Positions 23,496 through 36,484 are shown, counted from the stretch's first letter. The stretch: DNA of 64,000 bases from Macrostomum hystrix (GCA_950097015.1 CATNEN010000007.1:4216001-4280000), one strand, 5' to 3'. Program-made: numbers and translations. The notes: generated by a model not told the origin, from the letters alone.

Positions 23496-23804
23496 ATGTC
23501 GCACACCATTCTACTGATCCAGCCCACCCTGCGCAAGCCGGATAGTCGCACCTGGAGCGACTACGAAACTGTCGACCTCTGTCTTGAAGGCATCTGCAAA
23601 ATCTACGAGGAGCACCTGAAGGTGTCCAATCCGAACTCGCCGTCCATCACCTACGATATTTCGCAGCTGTTCCAGTTCATTGACCGGCTCGGCGATCTCA
23701 GCTGCCTGGTGCTGAACCAGACCACCGGAACCTATGTGCCGCACAACAAGAGCTGGATCAAGGAGAAAATCTACGTCCTGCTGCGCAAGCAGGCCGGGCA
23801 GTGA
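23496..23804 (+). CDS. ERH: Enhancer of rudimentary homolog, 102 aa, single coding exon
   Basis: [10 protein letters not shown]...[27 protein letters not shown]...[14 protein letters not shown] matches the ERH family signature. The true ATG is 23496, not the ORF-track start at 23367. A 3' splice site (cttccag) lies at about 23477. Confidence 0.97.
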   Translation: MSHTILLIQPTLRKPDSRTWSDYETVDLCLEGICKIYEEHLKVSNPNSPSITYDISQLFQFIDRLGDLSCLVLNQTTGTYVPHNKSWIKEKIYVLLRKQAGQ

Positions 23805-24479
23805 GTCCGTCTCGTAGTGCCCAACTCATTGGCGGTTTGGTTGGGCTGCATTTAACTGAATGCGTTTTGTGTGACTCTATAAGGACTTGCAACCCTGACC
23901 CCGTTCTCTCTCTATGATTGTGCTTAAACATCAGTAATTTTTATTACTCTCTTTAACTTCTACTTGTTTTACTTGGGGCAGCTGAATGAAACGCTGACTG
24001 GTTTGTCTACTCACAGTAGCACGAGTGATTACATGGGGGGCTGATTGATTTTCTAATCACTTTAATTCGATTAATCTACTAGTTTCCTCTCAGCGCTATT
24101 GTATGAAACTTAATTGTGGCATTATTGGTATCGATAAGTTATGCCCAAAATTGCGCATCAGAAAATGTAACTACATTTTTTAATAAGTACATCCGCTTGT
24201 AGTTTGGAAATATGCGTTTCTCACTACTTATTGCCTCGAAAGTAGTATCCGGAACATCTTGTGAGACGATAAAAATAAAAATATCTAAAAAATGAATTTT
24301 TTTGCTTTCTGAGCACTTGTGAACAGGGACGATGCGTCTCTCGGCGTCTCTGTAATGTTAATACATCAGTTTGCTGTTTAAAGCTGGCAGCATATCCTGT
24401 TCTCTTAGGTGAAACCTAATTGGCTTGGAAATTTTGCGTTCTCTTAATAATTTACCTGATTTAGGAACTTTAAAATTTG

Positions 24480-24870
24480 GCAGATGTAAGAATAGGATTC
24501 GGGACACTGACGAATGTCGGAGTGGGATTCGAGAGTTAGACAGATGTGAGAATAGGATTCGGTAATTGGATAACAGGTGGAAATAGGCCACCTGTCTTTT
24601 AGCGGTTTTAGTTCGACAATAGGATACGGAAATAGTACGGGTTAGACAATGGGATTCGGGAATAGTACGGGTTAGACAATGGGATTCGGGAATAGTACGG
24701 GTTAGACAATGGGATTCGGGAATAGTACGGGTTAGACAATGGGATTCGGGAATAGTACGGGTTAGACAATGGGATTCGGGAATAGTACGGGTTAGACAAT
24801 GGGATTCGGGAATCGGACAGGTGGGAGAATCGGATTCGGGAATCGGACAGTTATGAGAATAGGATTTAGA
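24480..24870. repeat. 30-bp minisatellite (aatagtacgggttagacaatgggattcggg) with degenerate edges
   Basis: About 6 near-perfect copies at 24640-24820 plus diverged flanking units. Confidence 0.9.
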
Positions 24871-25430
24871 ATCACAGGTGTGTATCAGGTGTGCGTACGC
24901 ATGTGATGAGAATAGTGTTTCGGCTAAGCATTTAAAATTAGAATACGTCAGCATGATAAATTGCTCCTGATCTGGACTGCTTTTTAAGCGGAATTAAAAA
25001 AAATAACTGGTACAATAAAGCGTCTTTGGCCTGCCCGTAGCGATTCTCTCTAGTTGCGAAAGGGTTTTTATTGCGAAATCGTATACAGGCGATTGGATGC
25101 GAACGCAGTGACTCGCATCCTGCTTCAGCCTGCGGTGACTCAATGGTCGCCGATTTAGGACACAATACTGCACATGCGCAGCCATGCAAAAGGAAATCAG
25201 CCAATGCAACTGCCCCGGCTAACGAGCCTTCCACAATGTTTCCTGAGCTGAGTTAAATTAGAAATTTTAATATTTTCTTTAATTCTCCAACAACTGGATC
25301 TCTGGCTTAAGTCTTGCTTGGGTCACCTCAGACTGATATTTCCATAATCAGGCTGCTATAATTATGCCTGACGCATGGTGCTTCTTAAATTAAAATATTC
25401 TACAAAATTCCTGAAATGGGGGTGGTTACC

Positions 25431-27244
25431 AAGAGTGCACTCAATGAGGTTGGGGAAACCACCAATGTACTCAATGAGGTTGGGGAAACTACCAATGTAC
25501 TCAGTGAGGTTCAAGAAACCACCAATGTACTCAATGAGGTTGGGGAAACCACCAATGTACTCAATGAGGTTGGGGAAACTACCAATGTACTCAATGAGGT
25601 TGGGGAAACCACCAATGTACTCAATGAGGTTGGGGAAACTACCAATGTACTCAGTGAGGTTGGGGAAACTACCAATGTACTCAGTGAGGTTGGGGAAACT
25701 ACCAATGTACTCAGTGAGGTTCAGGAAACCACCAATGTACTCAGTGAGGTTGGGGAAACCACCAATGTACTCAATGAGGTTGGGGAAACCACCAATGTAC
25801 TCAGTGAGGTTCAGGAAACCACCAATGTACTCAGTGAGGTTGGGGAAACCACCAATGTACTCAATGAGGTTGGGGAAACCACCAATGTACTCAATGAGGT
25901 TGGGGAAACTACCAATGTACTCATTGAGGTTGGGGAAACTACCAATGCACTCAATGAGGTTGGGGAAACCACCAATGCACTCAATGAGGTTGGGGAAACT
26001 ACCAATGTACTCAGTGAGGTTCAGGAAACCACCAATGTACTCAGTGAGGTTGGGGAAACCACCAATGTACTCAATGAGGTTGGGGAAACCACCAATGTAC
26101 TCAATGAGGTTGGGGAAACTACCAATGTACTCATTGAGGTTGGGGAAACTACCAATGCACTCAATGAGGTTGGGGAAACCACCAATGCACTCAATGAGGT
26201 TTGGGAAACCACCAATGTACTCAGTGAGGTTTGGGAAACCACCAATGTACTCAATGAGGTTGGGGAAACCACCAATGTACTCAATGAGGTTGGGGAAACC
26301 ACCAATGCACTCTGTGAGGTTGGGGAAACCACCAATGTACTCAATGAGGTTGGGGAAACTACCAATGTACTCAGTGAGGTTGGGGAAACTACCAATGTAC
26401 TCAATGAGGTTGGGGAAACCACCAATGTACTCAATGAGGTTGGGGAAACCACCAATGTACTCAGTGAGGTTCAGGAAACCACCAATGTACTCAGTGAGGT
26501 TGGGGAAACCACCAATGTACTCAATGAGGTTGGGGAAACCACCAATGTACTCAATGAGGTTGGGGAAACTACCAATGTACTCATTGAGGTTGGGGAAACT
26601 ACCAATGCACTCAATGAGGTTGGGGAAACCACCAATGCACTCAATGAGGTTGGGGAAACTACCAATGCACTCAGTGAGGTTTGGGAAACCACCAATGTAC
26701 TCAATGAGGTTGGGGAAACCACCAATGTACTCAATGAGGTTGGGGAAACCACCAATGCACTCTGTGAGGTTGGGGAAACCACCAATGTACTCAGTGAGGT
26801 TGGGGAAACTACCAATGTACTCAGTGAGGTTCAAGAAACCACCAATGTACTCAATGAGGTTGGGGAAACTACCAATGTACTCAATGAGGTTGGGGAAACC
26901 ACCAATGTACTCAATGAGGTTGGGGAAACCACCAATGTACTCAATGAGGTTGGGGAAACCACCAATGTACTCAATGAGGTTGGGGAAACCACCAATGTAC
27001 TCAATGAGGTTGGGGAAACCACCAATGCACTCAATGAGGTTGGGGAAACTACCAATGTACTCAGTGAGGTTGGGGAAACCACCAATGTACTCAATGAGGT
27101 TGGGGAAACTACCAATGTACTCAGTGAGGTTGGGGAAACTACCAATGTACTCAGTGAGGTTGGGGAAACCACCAATGTACTCAATGAGGTTGGGGAAACC
27201 ACCAATGTACTCAGTGAGGTTGGGGAAACCACCAATGTACTCAA
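25431..27244. repeat. 30-bp minisatellite (tcaatgaggttggggaaaccaccaatgtac), about 60 copies, with higher-order structure
   Basis: Exact 30-bp register over 1.8 kb; explains the long repetitive ORFs on both strands. Confidence 0.97.
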
Positions 27245-27994
27245 TTATCTTTGTGGAAATAATAAAATTACCCCGATGGAGTTGGAGAAACTGCTATTGC
27301 ACTACAGAAAAACATAAATGCTGTTTATGTTGCAAAGGAACTGCCTGTAGACTAAGGTCGGGCATATTTTTCTATCGTTTTATGACCTGATTTGGCATAA
27401 GATGGTCAGATTTCCTGAGTAATTTAAGACCCGCGGTTAAAAACTTTATTTTGCTTTTTAGTACTGCGGTCTTCGGAAGCGGTACTGACAGACAACGTGT
27501 TAGTAATTAATTGAACAAGGCGGTATGATATTGGGGCCGACAAGCCAAACTTGCAGCAGATCAGGCTGTCTTTCGCCAAAGGAAACCGACATTTCGACTT
27601 TACATAGTCATCTAGCGGATGCAGCTTCAAAAGGCAATAAAATGCGAATGAATAGCGGCACAGTGAGACATAAAACTGGTCAGCCGGAATGTGCTGTTTT
27701 GCTTTTGTTTTGCTTTTTATCTTCGCCTTCCTATAGCGGCCGGGAAACATTCCAGATAAGAGGATATTATAGCTCTGTGGCGGCCACACAACACGCGACT
27801 GACCAGCGCTAGTGCAGCTAATGTTTGATTTCCTATTCTCTATCATCTCGGCCTGGACCTGATCCCAGAGCAGTCCTGGGATCTGATTGCCGGTTGCTAA
27901 GGCAGCCCTCCGCCGCTTGAGGGCAGCAGCTTCGCTTCTCTGATTTGAGAATTCGGGTTATTGGATTCGCTCCGCACATGATGTATTACTGGCA

Positions 27995-28285
27995 ACGTCT
28001 GTCTGTTCTCGTTGTTTTAGACGTCCACATCTGTTCTCGGCGGTGTTTTAGACGTCCACATCTGTTCTCGGCGGTGTTTTAGACGTCCACATCTGTTCTC
28101 GTTGTTTTAGACGTCCACATCTGTTCTCGGTGTTTTAGACGTCCACATCTGTTCTCGGTGTTTTAGACGTCCACATCTGTTCTCGGTGTTTTAGACGTCC
28201 ACATCTGTTCTCGGTGTTTTAGACGTCCACATCTGTTCTCGGTGTTTTAGACGTCCACATCTGTTCTCGGTGTTTTAGACGTTAC
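27995..28285. repeat. 28-bp minisatellite (gtccacatctgttctcggtgttttagac)
   Basis: About 10 copies. Confidence 0.92.
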
Positions 28286-28934
28286 GTAAGTCTGTCTAGA
28301 TGTATGTCTCTTTGTCTGTCAATATTTTTTGTATGTCTGTCCGTCTGTCAGCAGCTAGCCTGACTAAAAATCCCCTTCAACCTCTCTATACCTGCGGCTG
28401 CACTTTTATTGCGTCCAGGGTTAGTGCTCCGCCAGCTAGCGGCAGCCCCGCATCCATTGCGCATCCTAAAAGCTGCCATCGCCGCAGTGCTAGCGAGGTG
28501 GGCGGCTTCAAATGCGCGCTAACGGCGCCAATATAGGCGGTATTCGAATCCTGAATTAAATAAGAATTGTTTTCAACTCGCCCGCAATGGAACAATGTCG
28601 AGAGAAAATGTCCCGGCGGCATCTTGTTGCTCTGCGCTTTTATGGGGGGCCGGCATAAATTTCACTGCGGCAGGGGAGTTTCAGGTTCGTGGGAATTTCG
28701 CAGTAAAATGCGTGCGCCCCCCTCTTCTGGGATCAAAACTATGGTTTGCAATTTTTATGCGACTACAACTAGTCCGCATCGGATCAGGTAAAAAGCTGCG
28801 ATCTGTCTGATCCTCAGTTTTGGACGAAAAAATCTTTGCAAAACTAGAGACTGGGATCGTGGTCCGAAACTGAACAACTGAAATCCCTTTTCAGAATCCT
28901 GGGAGACTGTTCTCGCTGTCTAACAATCGGTTCT

Positions 28935-29505
28935 CCGTGTTTTCTCTTTGTCTAACCGTGTTTTCTCTCTGTCTAACCGTGTTTTCTCTCTGTCTAACAG
29001 TATTTTCTCTCTGTCTAACCGTATTTTCTCTCTGTCTAACCGTGTTTTCTCTCTGTCTAACAGTATTTTCTCTCTGTCTAACCGTATTTTCTCTCTGTCT
29101 AACCGTATTTTCTGTCTGTCTAACCGTATTTTCTCTCTGTCTAACCGTGTTTTCTCTCTGTCTAACCGTGTTTTCTCTCTGTCTAACCGTGTTTTCTCTC
29201 TGTCTAACCGTGTTTTCTCTCTGTCCAACCGTGTTTTCTCTCTGTCTAACCGTGTTTTCTCTCTGTCCAACCGTGTTTTCTCTCTGTCTAACCGTGTTTT
29301 CTCTCTGTCCAACCGTGTTTTCTCTCTGTCTAACCGTATTTTCTGTCTGTCTAACCGTATTTTCTCTCTGTCTAACCGTATTTTCTCTCTGTCTAACCGT
29401 GTTTTCTCTCTGTCTAACCGTATTTTCTGTCTGTCTAACCGTATTTTCTCTCTGTCTAACCGTGTTTTCTCTCTGTCTAACAGTATTTTCTCTCTGTCTA
29501 ACAGT
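28935..29505. repeat. 21-bp minisatellite (ttttctctctgtctaaccgtg)
   Basis: About 27 copies. Confidence 0.95.
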
Positions 29506-29747
29506 CTGTTACAAACTTGCGGCAAGTCAGTTATCTACATTTTTAATCTGTTCAGATGCAAGCACACACGGACGCTTAGCGCACGTCCTTAGCAAAGGTT
29601 GTTGCTAGTTTCTTAAGAAACAAAATTTCCACAAAGAAGAATTGAAGCAAAGTTCTGAATTTATAAAAATTGCATAGAATCGGGCGAAATAGGGTGCAAG
29701 GAATGACTACATTGTGTCTTTTAGCGGTTTTAGTAATCGAGAATCGG

Positions 29748-29955
29748 ATCTAACAGTTCAGCACCAGATCTAACAGTCCAGCATCAGATCTAACAGTTCA
29801 GCACCAGATCTAACAGTTCAGCAACAGATCTAACAGTCCAGCATCAGATCTAACAGTTCAGCACCAGATCTAACAGTCCAGCATCAGATCTAACAGTCCA
29901 GCATCAGATCCAGCAATCCAGCATCAGATCTAACAGTCCAGCACCAGACGTTACA
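29748..29955. repeat. 20-bp minisatellite (gcaccagatctaacagttca) about 220 bp upstream of Frizzled
   Basis: About 10 copies. Confidence 0.9.
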
Positions 29956-30173
29956 GTGTCCAAAGTAAGGAAACCAAACGATGATAAAAAAATAGCAGCA
30001 TCAAAGCTGTTGTGTCGGCCTGAGCAGTTCCGATTGGTTCAGAGGCTCACAGCCAGTTAGCCCTTTTCCAGTCGCCCCTCCGAAGTATTTATGACTCTAG
30101 ATAAGCAAGCGAGCAAGCAGTACAAAGGCAAGCGCAAGGGACAAGTGCATTTTGTTGCCGAAGCAGCTAAGCC

Positions 30174-33069
30174 ATGCAGTCTCTGCCGCCTGTGTTGTTT
30201 CTACTTCTTGCCGCAGCTCTCCTGGATGCTCAGCCGCCACCACCGCAGCAGCAGCAGCAGCAGCAGCCGGCACTTCACGGCGCCCTAGTGATGGTGCACG
30301 ACGACGAGAGCCTTCAGCAGTCCAACGACGCCGCGGCCAAGGCTCAGCTGTCTTGCAGCCCGGCACCCATCGAGGTGGACATGTGCAAGGACATGCAGTA
30401 CAACCACACTGCCAGCCGCCTTCCTGGCTACAGCAAGCAGTCGGAAGTGGCCTACGCGCTGCGCCAGTTCAAGGAGCTCACGATGGCGCCCTGTGCGCCA
30501 TTTCTGAAGCTCTTCGTCTGCTCGATGCACCTGCCGTTGTGCAACGTTGATCAGCAACTGCTGGTGCGGCCGTGCAAGGAGTTCTGCCTCCGCATCCGGG
30601 ACCTCTGCTCGCCGCTAGTGCAGCAGTTCGGACATCCGTGGCCGCAGAACTTGGCCTGCGACAATCTGAACTACGAAGTGGACCTTGGCAAGCCGGGGAG
30701 CAGCTCCGGCGGCGGGCGCAGCCTCTGCCTCCGGCCGAGCAATCAGGAATTCGAGGAGGCGCTGAAGAACCTTCAGAGCAGTTCCTACGATACTATTCCG
30801 CCGCAGCTGCCGCCGCCGCCTCCACCACCGCTTCCTCCGGCATTGGACTCGGAAATAGGATCGGCTGTAACAAAGACTCCCTTGTCGTCCACTAAACAGC
30901 CGAGGAGGGCGACTCGCTGCTCCCAGGCCGAGGTACCCCTGGTGGATGGCGGCGCCGAAATCAGCGCCCGATTCAGGCGAGCTTCGGTTTGCGCGCCGCT
31001 GTGTCGGGCGGATCTGATGTTTAACCGGGGAGACAAAGACCTGGCGACAGCGTGGATGCTGGCCTGGTCTACGGTGTGCTTGGTCGCTGCGGCTCTGGCC
31101 GTGGCGACCTTCGCTCTGGACGGCGAAAGATTTCGCTTCCCGGAGAGACCCATTGTGTGGGTTGCGGCCAGTCATCTGCTGTACGCCTGCGGCCACCTGC
31201 TCAGAGTCTGGCTGGGCCCAGAGATGGCCGGCTGCGCGCCCAGCGGGGTGGCTGGCCAGCCGTTGCATCGCGTGTCTCGACACGCGGGCCACTGGTGCGC
31301 CGTCGTCTTCCTCCTCCTGTACTTCGCCTCCGTCGCCGGCTGCATTTGGTGGCTCCTACTGACTGTCTGCTGGTACCTCTGCGCCGCCAGGAAGTGGGCT
31401 CACGAAGCTCTGGCACAAAGGTTGGCGATTGATTCCCCTGATGGAACCATGGATTCTCCGAATTGAACCCTAGATTCCCCTAATTGAACCCTGGATTTCC
31501 CTAATTGAACTCTGGATTCCCCTGATGGAACCCTGGATTCCTCTGACTAAACCCTGGATTCTCCTAATTAAACCCTGGATTCCCCTAATTGAACTCTGGA
31601 TTCCCCTGACCGAACTCTGGATTCCCCTCATTAAGCCCAGGATTCCCCTAATTAAGCCCAGGATTCCCCTAATTAAACCCTGGATTCCCCTAATTAAACC
31701 CTGGATTCTCCTAATTAAACCCTGGATTCCCCTAATTAAACCCTGGATTCTCCTAATTAAACCCTGGATTCTCCTAATTAAACCCTGGATTCCCCTAATT
31801 AAACCCTGGATTCCCCTAATTAAACCCTGGATTCCCCTAATTAAACCCTGGACTCTTTGGCGTATCCCCCCACCGAGCTGCGGATTTCTCTGACTAAGCC
31901 ATATAGAGGCCGAGATAATTCCGGAAAATAAATTTGTTATAACTCGTGCGCAGGTCAGTTTGGCTGCACATGCTGGCATGGGGTGTGCCACTTCTGCTCA
32001 GCGTTACGCTGCTGGTGCTGCACCGGGTTGAGGCGGACGAGCTGACTCACCTGTGCACCGTGGACAGCTCGAACCTGCTGGTGTTTGTCGTGTCTCCGAA
32101 CGCGCTCTGCCTAGCAGCCGGTCTGGGCTTCCTGGCCAGCGCTCTGTGCTCATCGGCCTCCGTGCGGCACAGCCTGAAGTGGAGCGGCAACGAAGCCTTC
32201 CGCCGGCTAGAGAAGCTCATGACCAAGATTGGCCTGTTCTCCTTCCTGTTTGTGCTGCCCACCGGCTGCGTGTTGGCAATCAACATCTACGAGATGCTGG
32301 AGACTGACAGATGGGCCGCCAGCCTGGACAAGGTAGGGCTCCTGCCTGAAGCCTTAGGGAAAGGTGGGAAGAGAGTAGTAAAAGGTGAAAAGTGAGTAGG
32401 GAAAGGTGAAAAGTGAGTAGGGAGGGGTGGGAACTTTGGATATTTAGGGATGTGGAAAGTGAGTCGGGAAAGGTGTAAAGTGACTGAAGGATCCAGAAAC
32501 GAACCAAGGCACTGGCAGTCTCGAGTCTCCAATTGCCGCAGGTTCTGTCCAGGCCGCACTGCTCAAACTCGAGCGGTCTCGTAGCCGCAGAGGACGGCAG
32601 CTGCAGCCTGGAGTTCGGTCCATCATCAGCTCTGAGCATCCTGAAGATCTTCATGTCCCTGACGGCCGGCCTGCCCTCCGGCCTGTTTGTCTGGTGCAAC
32701 AGCAAGTCTCTGGCGGCCTGGAGGCGCTGCATCTGTCGAGCCCTCGCCTGCGGCGGCGCCGGCTGCCGCGACGGCCACGGAGACGGCCGCGCTGGCGGTT
32801 GCGGTGGCAGTGGGCGCCGCGATCAGCCGCCGCTGCCGCCGCTGCCGCCTGCGCATGGCCTCGCCCTGAATTCTGGCGACAGGACGCAGCAGCAAAAGTG
32901 CACCGATTATCGGCAGCAGCAGCAGCAGCACCAGCAGCAGCAGCAGCACCAGCAGCAGCACCAGCAGCTTCTCATTAGGCAGCAAAACGCTGCCGCTGCA
33001 GCCGTGGCCGCTAATGATCGACTGCTGGTGCCAAACACCATCGGCTCCTTCGCCGCCTCGGAGCTGTAG
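30174..33069 (+). CDS. FZD: Frizzled receptor, Fz4/9/10-like, about 717 aa; exons 30174-31420, 31954-32332, 32542-33069
   Basis: Signal peptide, cysteine-rich domain (CKDMQYN, CAPFLKLFVCS, PCKEFC, WPQNLAC), CAPLC linker, RFRFPERPI, WAHEAL, LEKLMTKIGLFS, KSLAAW (KTxxxW-like) and C-terminal ASEL. Introns are phase 2 and phase 0, GT-AG. Subfamily assignment is by eye. Confidence 0.92.
31430..31852. repeat. 21-bp minisatellite (aaaccctggattcccctaatt) filling Frizzled intron 1
   Basis: About 20 copies starting about 10 nt after the donor at 31421. Confidence 0.93.
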
Positions 33070-33249
33070 GCGGCATCATGAAGTGCTTCAACTATTAAAC
33101 AACTTCTGTCTAGTGACAGTTCAGTTCAAATTCAATCAATCAAATTGTCATTTTCTTCCTTGTACAAACCAGGCTACCTTCTAAATCTTCGCTGCAACAC
33201 TCTGACTTGAAGCTAATTTTTTTAACTTTCTTGGTCTCATACAAAACCA

Positions 33250-33490
33250 CCACCCACAACACTGATCCCACACCACCAATCCCACACCACCAATCCCACA
33301 CCACCAATCCCACACCATTGATCCCACACAACTGATCCCACACCACCAATCCCACACCACCAATTCCACACCACCAATCCCACACCACCAATCCCAAACC
33401 ACCAATCCCACACCACCAATTCCACACCACCAATCCCACACCACCAATCCCACACCACCAATCCCACACCACCAATCCCACACCACCAAT
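33250..33490. repeat. 14-bp minisatellite (ccacaccaccaatc)
   Basis: About 17 copies, about 180 bp after the Frizzled stop. Confidence 0.93.
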
Positions 33491-33959
33491 TTGTCAAATT
33501 TTCTATCCGACTTCTCGCATGTGGCCGATTCCGTAACCTGCAACACCCGACACCTGAATTCGGCCTAACGAAGCTTCGGAACGGCCCGGTGGCCACGCCC
33601 CGAGAAATATTTTTGAAATATTTTCCTTTAATTTATCGTTGCAGCTCGGGCAATAAAAAAACTTTTTACCAAGGGCCTTTTCTTCCGCGCATTTCCCTAC
33701 CAACAGAGTTAGTTTGTCGCTTCCTTCCGCTACAAATTTAGTTTATTGCTTTCGGCCGCCCTGGCACTAATCAGGCGAACCAGACCTTCTGATTTGCTAC
33801 AAATAGTAGAAAATTCATCTTCACCTGGAAATAAGACTTTGTTCACTTTTTAGACTTCAATTTCAACTTTTTCTAGGCATTGTTAAGCTATTTTTTAGAT
33901 CGCTTTCGAAAGTGGTTTCGAAATCCAAGAAGTAAGTTCCCATTCCTAGAAACCAATTA

Positions 33960-35790
33960 GAATTCTAGGAACTTAGCTTGGATTCTAGGAACTGAGTAAG
34001 GATACCAGTAATTAATTGAGGATTCTGGTGGCTAATCGAAGATTCTAGTGGCTAATCGAGGATTCTATAGGACTAATTGAGGATTCTAAAGGACTAATTG
34101 AGGATTCTAGTAGCTAATTGAGGATTCTAAAGGACTAATTGAGGATTCTAATAACTAATTGAGGATTCTATAGGACTAATTGAGGATTCTAATAGCTAAT
34201 TGAGGATTCTAATAACTAATTGAGGATTCTAATAACTAATTGAGGATTCTAATAACTAATTGAGGATTCTAATAACTAATTGAGGATTCTAATAACTAAT
34301 TGAGGATTCTAATAACTAATTGAGGATTCTAATAACTAATTGAGGATTCTAATAACTAATTGAGGATTCTAAAGGACTAATTGAGGATTCTAATAACTAA
34401 TTGAGGATTCTAATAACTAATTGAGGATTCTAAAGGACTAATTGAGGATTCTAATAACTAATTGAGGATTCTAATAACTAATTGAGGATTCTAATAACTA
34501 ATTGAGGATTCTAATAACTAATTGAGGATTCTAATAACTAATTGAGGATTCTAATAGCTAATTGAGGATTCTAAAGGACTAATTGAGGATTCTAATAACT
34601 AATTGAGGATTCTAATAACTAATTGAGGATTCTAATAACTAATTGAGGATTCTAATAACTAATTGAGGATTCTAATAACTAATTGAGGATTCTAATAACT
34701 AATTGAGGATTCTAATAACTAATTGAGGATTCTAAAGGACTAATTGAGGATTCTAATAACTAATTGAGGATTCTAATAACTAATTGAGGATTCTAATAAC
34801 TAATTGAGGATTCTAATAACTAATTGAGGATTCTAAAGGACTAATTGAGGATTCTAATAACTAATTGAGGATTCTAATAACTAATTGAGGATTCTAATAA
34901 CTAATTGAGGATTCTAATAACTAATTGAGGATTCTAATAACTAATTGAGGATTCTAATAACTAATTGAGGATTCTAATAACTAATTGAGGATTCTAAAGG
35001 ACTAATTGAGGATTCTAATAACTAATTGAGGATTCTAATAACTAATTGAGGATTCTAATAACTAATTGAGGATTCTAATAACTAATTGAGGATTCTAATA
35101 ACTAATTGAGGATTCTAATAGCTAATTGAGGATTCTAAAGGACTAATTGAGGATTCTAATAACTAATTGAGGATTCTAATAACTAATTGAGGATTCTAAT
35201 AACTAATTGAGGATTCTAATAACTAATTGAGGATTCTAATAACTAATTGAGGATTCTAATAACTAATTGAGGATTCTAATAACTAATTGAGGATTCTAAA
35301 GGACTAATTGAGGATTCTAATAACTAATTGAGGATTCTAATAACTAATTGAGGATTCTAATAACTAATTGAGGATTCTAAAGGACTAATTGAGGATTCTA
35401 ATAACTAATTGAGGATTCTAATAACTAATTGAGGATTCTAATAACTAATTGAGGATTCTAATAACTAATTGAGGATTCTAATAACTAATTGAGGATTCTA
35501 ATAGCTAATTGAGGATTCTAAAGGACTAATTGAGGATTCTAATAACTAATTGAGGATTCTAATAACTAATTGAGGATTCTAATAACTAATTGAGGATTCT
35601 AATAACTAATTGAGGATTCTAATAGCTAATTGAGGATTCTAATAGCTAATTGAGGATTCTAATAGCTAATTGAGGATTCTATAGGACTAATTAAGGTTTC
35701 TGAGAACTGATAAGGACTCTAAGAACTCAGAAAGGATTCTAAGAATTAATTGAGGATTCTAACAAGCAATTGAGGATAAAAATAACTAAG
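33960..35790. repeat. 20-bp minisatellite (taattgaggattctaataac; 21-bp aaaggac variant)
   Basis: About 85 copies; homogeneous core with degenerate ends. Confidence 0.97.
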
Positions 35791-36484
35791 TTGAGGAGTC
35801 TCAGAAATAGATTGACTTTTAAGAAAAAAGTTAAATAACTTTTTTCTGACTCTGAGAACTGTGTTGATTTCGAACAGTGTATTTAGGATTTGTTCCTGTC
35901 TGATTGCTTTCGAGGGTCGAGTCCCTTGGTCATGACTAAAGAGATATCAATAGTTTTATTGGGTTTGTCCAGCTTCTACAAAGCACTGCGACTGTCCGGG
36001 TCTTGCCAGATGTTCATTTTCCGGCAGTGCCACTATTCGGACAAAGACCTCAACCGGCTTTATTGCTCTACTTTGCTTTTTCTTTCACTTTTGTCCTTAG
36101 AAACGGCAGTTAAATAAATTCGCTCTCCGAGACGCCGGGGGATTCTCTGGAAATAATTTTATTGCTCAAGGAACAAAGACTTCCACCGCGATAATGCAGT
36201 CTCCAGGGTATCCGCGGCGTAATTAGCCGTGTTCCTCATTCCGGATGGAACAACAGCGAGAAAAAATAAAAGCAAGAGGGGAAAGGTTGGCTATTCGAAA
36301 AATCTATTTAGTCTGTGTTTATGGCTTTCGAGAAATCCCAGAAGGAGGAATAGGAAACAGACGTGGCAGGAAAAAATCTCTGTGCGCCAAATTTACTATT
36401 GGTGACAAAGGTGCAACTGTAATCTTCGAAAACAGTGCGCGAGAGCTGAACCTTGAGCTGGGAGCTAGAATTATAGAACGGAAC

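Noticed and set aside
22987-24591. ERH as a classical L1-type processed pseudogene
   Set aside because: No poly(A) tract before the right direct repeat, the ORF is intact, and an upstream acceptor is present.
25375-27390. Long ORFs of 490-671 aa on both strands (NEVGETTNVL, EYIGGFPNL and similar repeats)
   Set aside because: They are by-products of a 30-bp unit that lacks stops in several frames; no unique domain or splice context. The same applies to the ORFs over the arrays at 6.8, 28.9, 31.5, 33.2, 36.4, 53.9, 55.5-57.1 and 62.3-63.3 kb.
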